Shown: positions 33,237 to 34,119 of the stretch, one piece after another
Layout of the letters: each line of letters opens with the position of its first letter
How positions within the stretch are numbered: the first letter of the stretch is position 1
Origin: an uncultured Treponemataceae bacterium
GTDB lineage: Bacteria; Spirochaetota; Spirochaetia; Treponematales; Treponemataceae
Direction of reading: 5' to 3'
NCBI GenBank assembly: GCA_964509415.1
Contig: CAZDXD010000001.1
Location: 1 to 34,119, forward strand
DNA: 34,119 nucleotides
The notes under the pieces: model-generated
Database searches by the model: none
What the model was told of the DNA's origin: nothing
The model's input: only the letters and a program-made list of their open reading frames with translations
Program-made: the position numbers and the translations under genes

Positions 33237-33593
33237 ATGGAAAATTATACGCTTGTACTAACGGAGCATCTCAACCACAACGGAAAGCTCTTTGGCGGCC
33301 AGCTTTTGAAGTGGGTTGACGAGTTCGCGTGGATTGCGGCTATTTCGGATTTTCGCCACTCGGTTTTAGTAACAAGAGCGATGGAGAAAATCGACTTTAA
33401 GGAAACAGTGCCGCTTGGCTCGGTTTTGAGATTTAGCACAAATCAGCGCAAAATCGGCACAACTTCCGTAACATATTCGGTGGAGGTTTTCGCGAGAGAG
33501 CCGAACAGGGACGGCGAGACGTTGATTTTCTCCAATCTGGTAACGTTTTGCGCGATTGACGAGGAAGGCAAAAAAACGCCGCTGCCATTTTAA
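33237..33593 (+). CDS. Hotdog-fold acyl-CoA thioesterase
   Basis: LNHNGKLFGGQLLKWVDEFAWIAA and VTRAMEKIDFKETVPLGSVL are typical of the YciA/BFIT-type thioesterase family. 118 aa. Confidence 0.8.
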   Translation: MENYTLVLTEHLNHNGKLFGGQLLKWVDEFAWIAAISDFRHSVLVTRAMEKIDFKETVPLGSVLRFSTNQRKIGTTSVTYSVEVFAREPNRDGETLIFSNLVTFCAIDEEGKKTPLPF

Positions 33594-34119
33594 TCCATTC
33601 CCCTAATCCTCTTGCTGAGCATCTCCGCCCCCGCCACGATGGCCACGTGCTCCTCTAGAGCAATGCGGCGGGCAAGGGTTTCCGCAGTGTCGCCCTGCAG
33701 AACAGGCACGCGGCGCTGCAAAAGCACCTCGCCGGTGTCGCAGCCTTCATCTACAAGATGCACTGTGCAGCCCGATTCTGCCTCTCCCGCCGCAAGCACC
33801 GCCTCGTGCACATGATGCCCCCACATGCCTACCCCGCCAAACTTAGGGAGAAGCGACGGGTGCAAGTTGATAATCCTCCCTGCAAAGCGAGCTATCAAAT
33901 CAGCGGTGAGCACCGTAAGAAAGCCCGCAAGAACAAGGCCTTCCGCGCCGTGCTTTTCGGCTAAAGCCATAACGCGGCTAGACACCGCACGGCGCCTTTC
34001 ATCGCGGCTAGCCGCCTTTGCAGCTCCTGAGCCTAAAACGGATGCCGCGCTTGCAACCTCCGCTGGGATTCCCGCCGCGCGCGCCCGCTCCAAAGCGTAT
34101 ACATCCTTTCTATCGCTAA
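33590..34119 (-). CDS. purN: Phosphoribosylglycinamide formyltransferase (5' end lies beyond the window)
   Basis: INLHPSLLPKFGGVGMWGHHVHEAVLAAGEAESGCTVHLVDEGCDTGEVLLQ. The reading frame stays open to the window edge (..SDRKDVYALERARAAGIP), so the 34093 start in the ORF track is internal. Confidence 0.9.
   Translation of the reverse strand, partial: SDRKDVYALERARAAGIPAEVASAASVLGSGAAKAASRDERRRAVSSRVMALAEKHGAEGLVLAGFLTVLTADLIARFAGRIINLHPSLLPKFGGVGMWGHHVHEAVLAAGEAESGCTVHLVDEGCDTGEVLLQRRVPVLQGDTAETLARRIALEEHVAIVAGAEMLSKRIRGMD

Noticed and set aside
1-34119. rRNA, tRNA, transposase/IS, integrase or prophage genes
   Set aside because: The intergenic segments are short (mostly under 100 bp). None shows tRNA-like cloverleaf arms or IS terminal repeats that I could recognise, and no ORF has transposase or integrase motifs.

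Overview
This 34.1-kb chromosomal window comes from a diderm anaerobe or facultative anaerobe. Lnt, a TolC/RND efflux set and a class III ribonucleotide reductase support that. My impression is spirochete or Treponema-like, but that is a guess with no database support. I call about 30 genes, nearly all from motifs read directly in the supplied translations. They include an aminotransferase, a lipoprotein, a UvrD/Rep-family helicase, an alpha/beta hydrolase and a TPR/NHL/vWA secreted protein with a TPR partner. Also present are surE, a galactokinase-family GHMP protein, lnt, bioY and nrdR-nrdD-(small ORF)-nrdG. Next comes a polytopic membrane protein with two glycosyltransferases. A six-gene minus-strand cluster follows: tolC, MFP, RND, a P-II-like protein, a response regulator and a histidine kinase. 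The window ends with a GT4 glycosyltransferase, prfA, a dGTPase-like HD hydrolase, a hotdog thioesterase and a 5'-truncated purN. I saw no rRNA, tRNA, CRISPR array, transposase or recognisable defence system. The most unusual observation is that the class III RNR appears to be in two pieces. NrdD stops at one in-frame TAA before its glycyl-radical motif. That motif reappears at the N-terminus of the next ORF, which has its own Shine-Dalgarno and is fused to a CxxC thioredoxin-fold domain. Other points worth a second look: (1) the 357-bp bioY-nrdR spacer holds five copies of an ACGGCGAT-core motif on an exact 23-bp period, plus three perfect palindromes; (2) a 54-codon relic of an amino-acid ABC ATPase sits at 3933..4097; (3) five genes show a repeated -10 box, 6-9 nt, start codon layout that suggests leaderless mRNAs; (4) an 11-bp perfect inverted repeat lies in the tolC/GT4 divergent region; (5) intergenic regions carry CTAG/TAG-containing micro tandem repeats. 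All homology statements come from memory of family motifs, since no searches were run.
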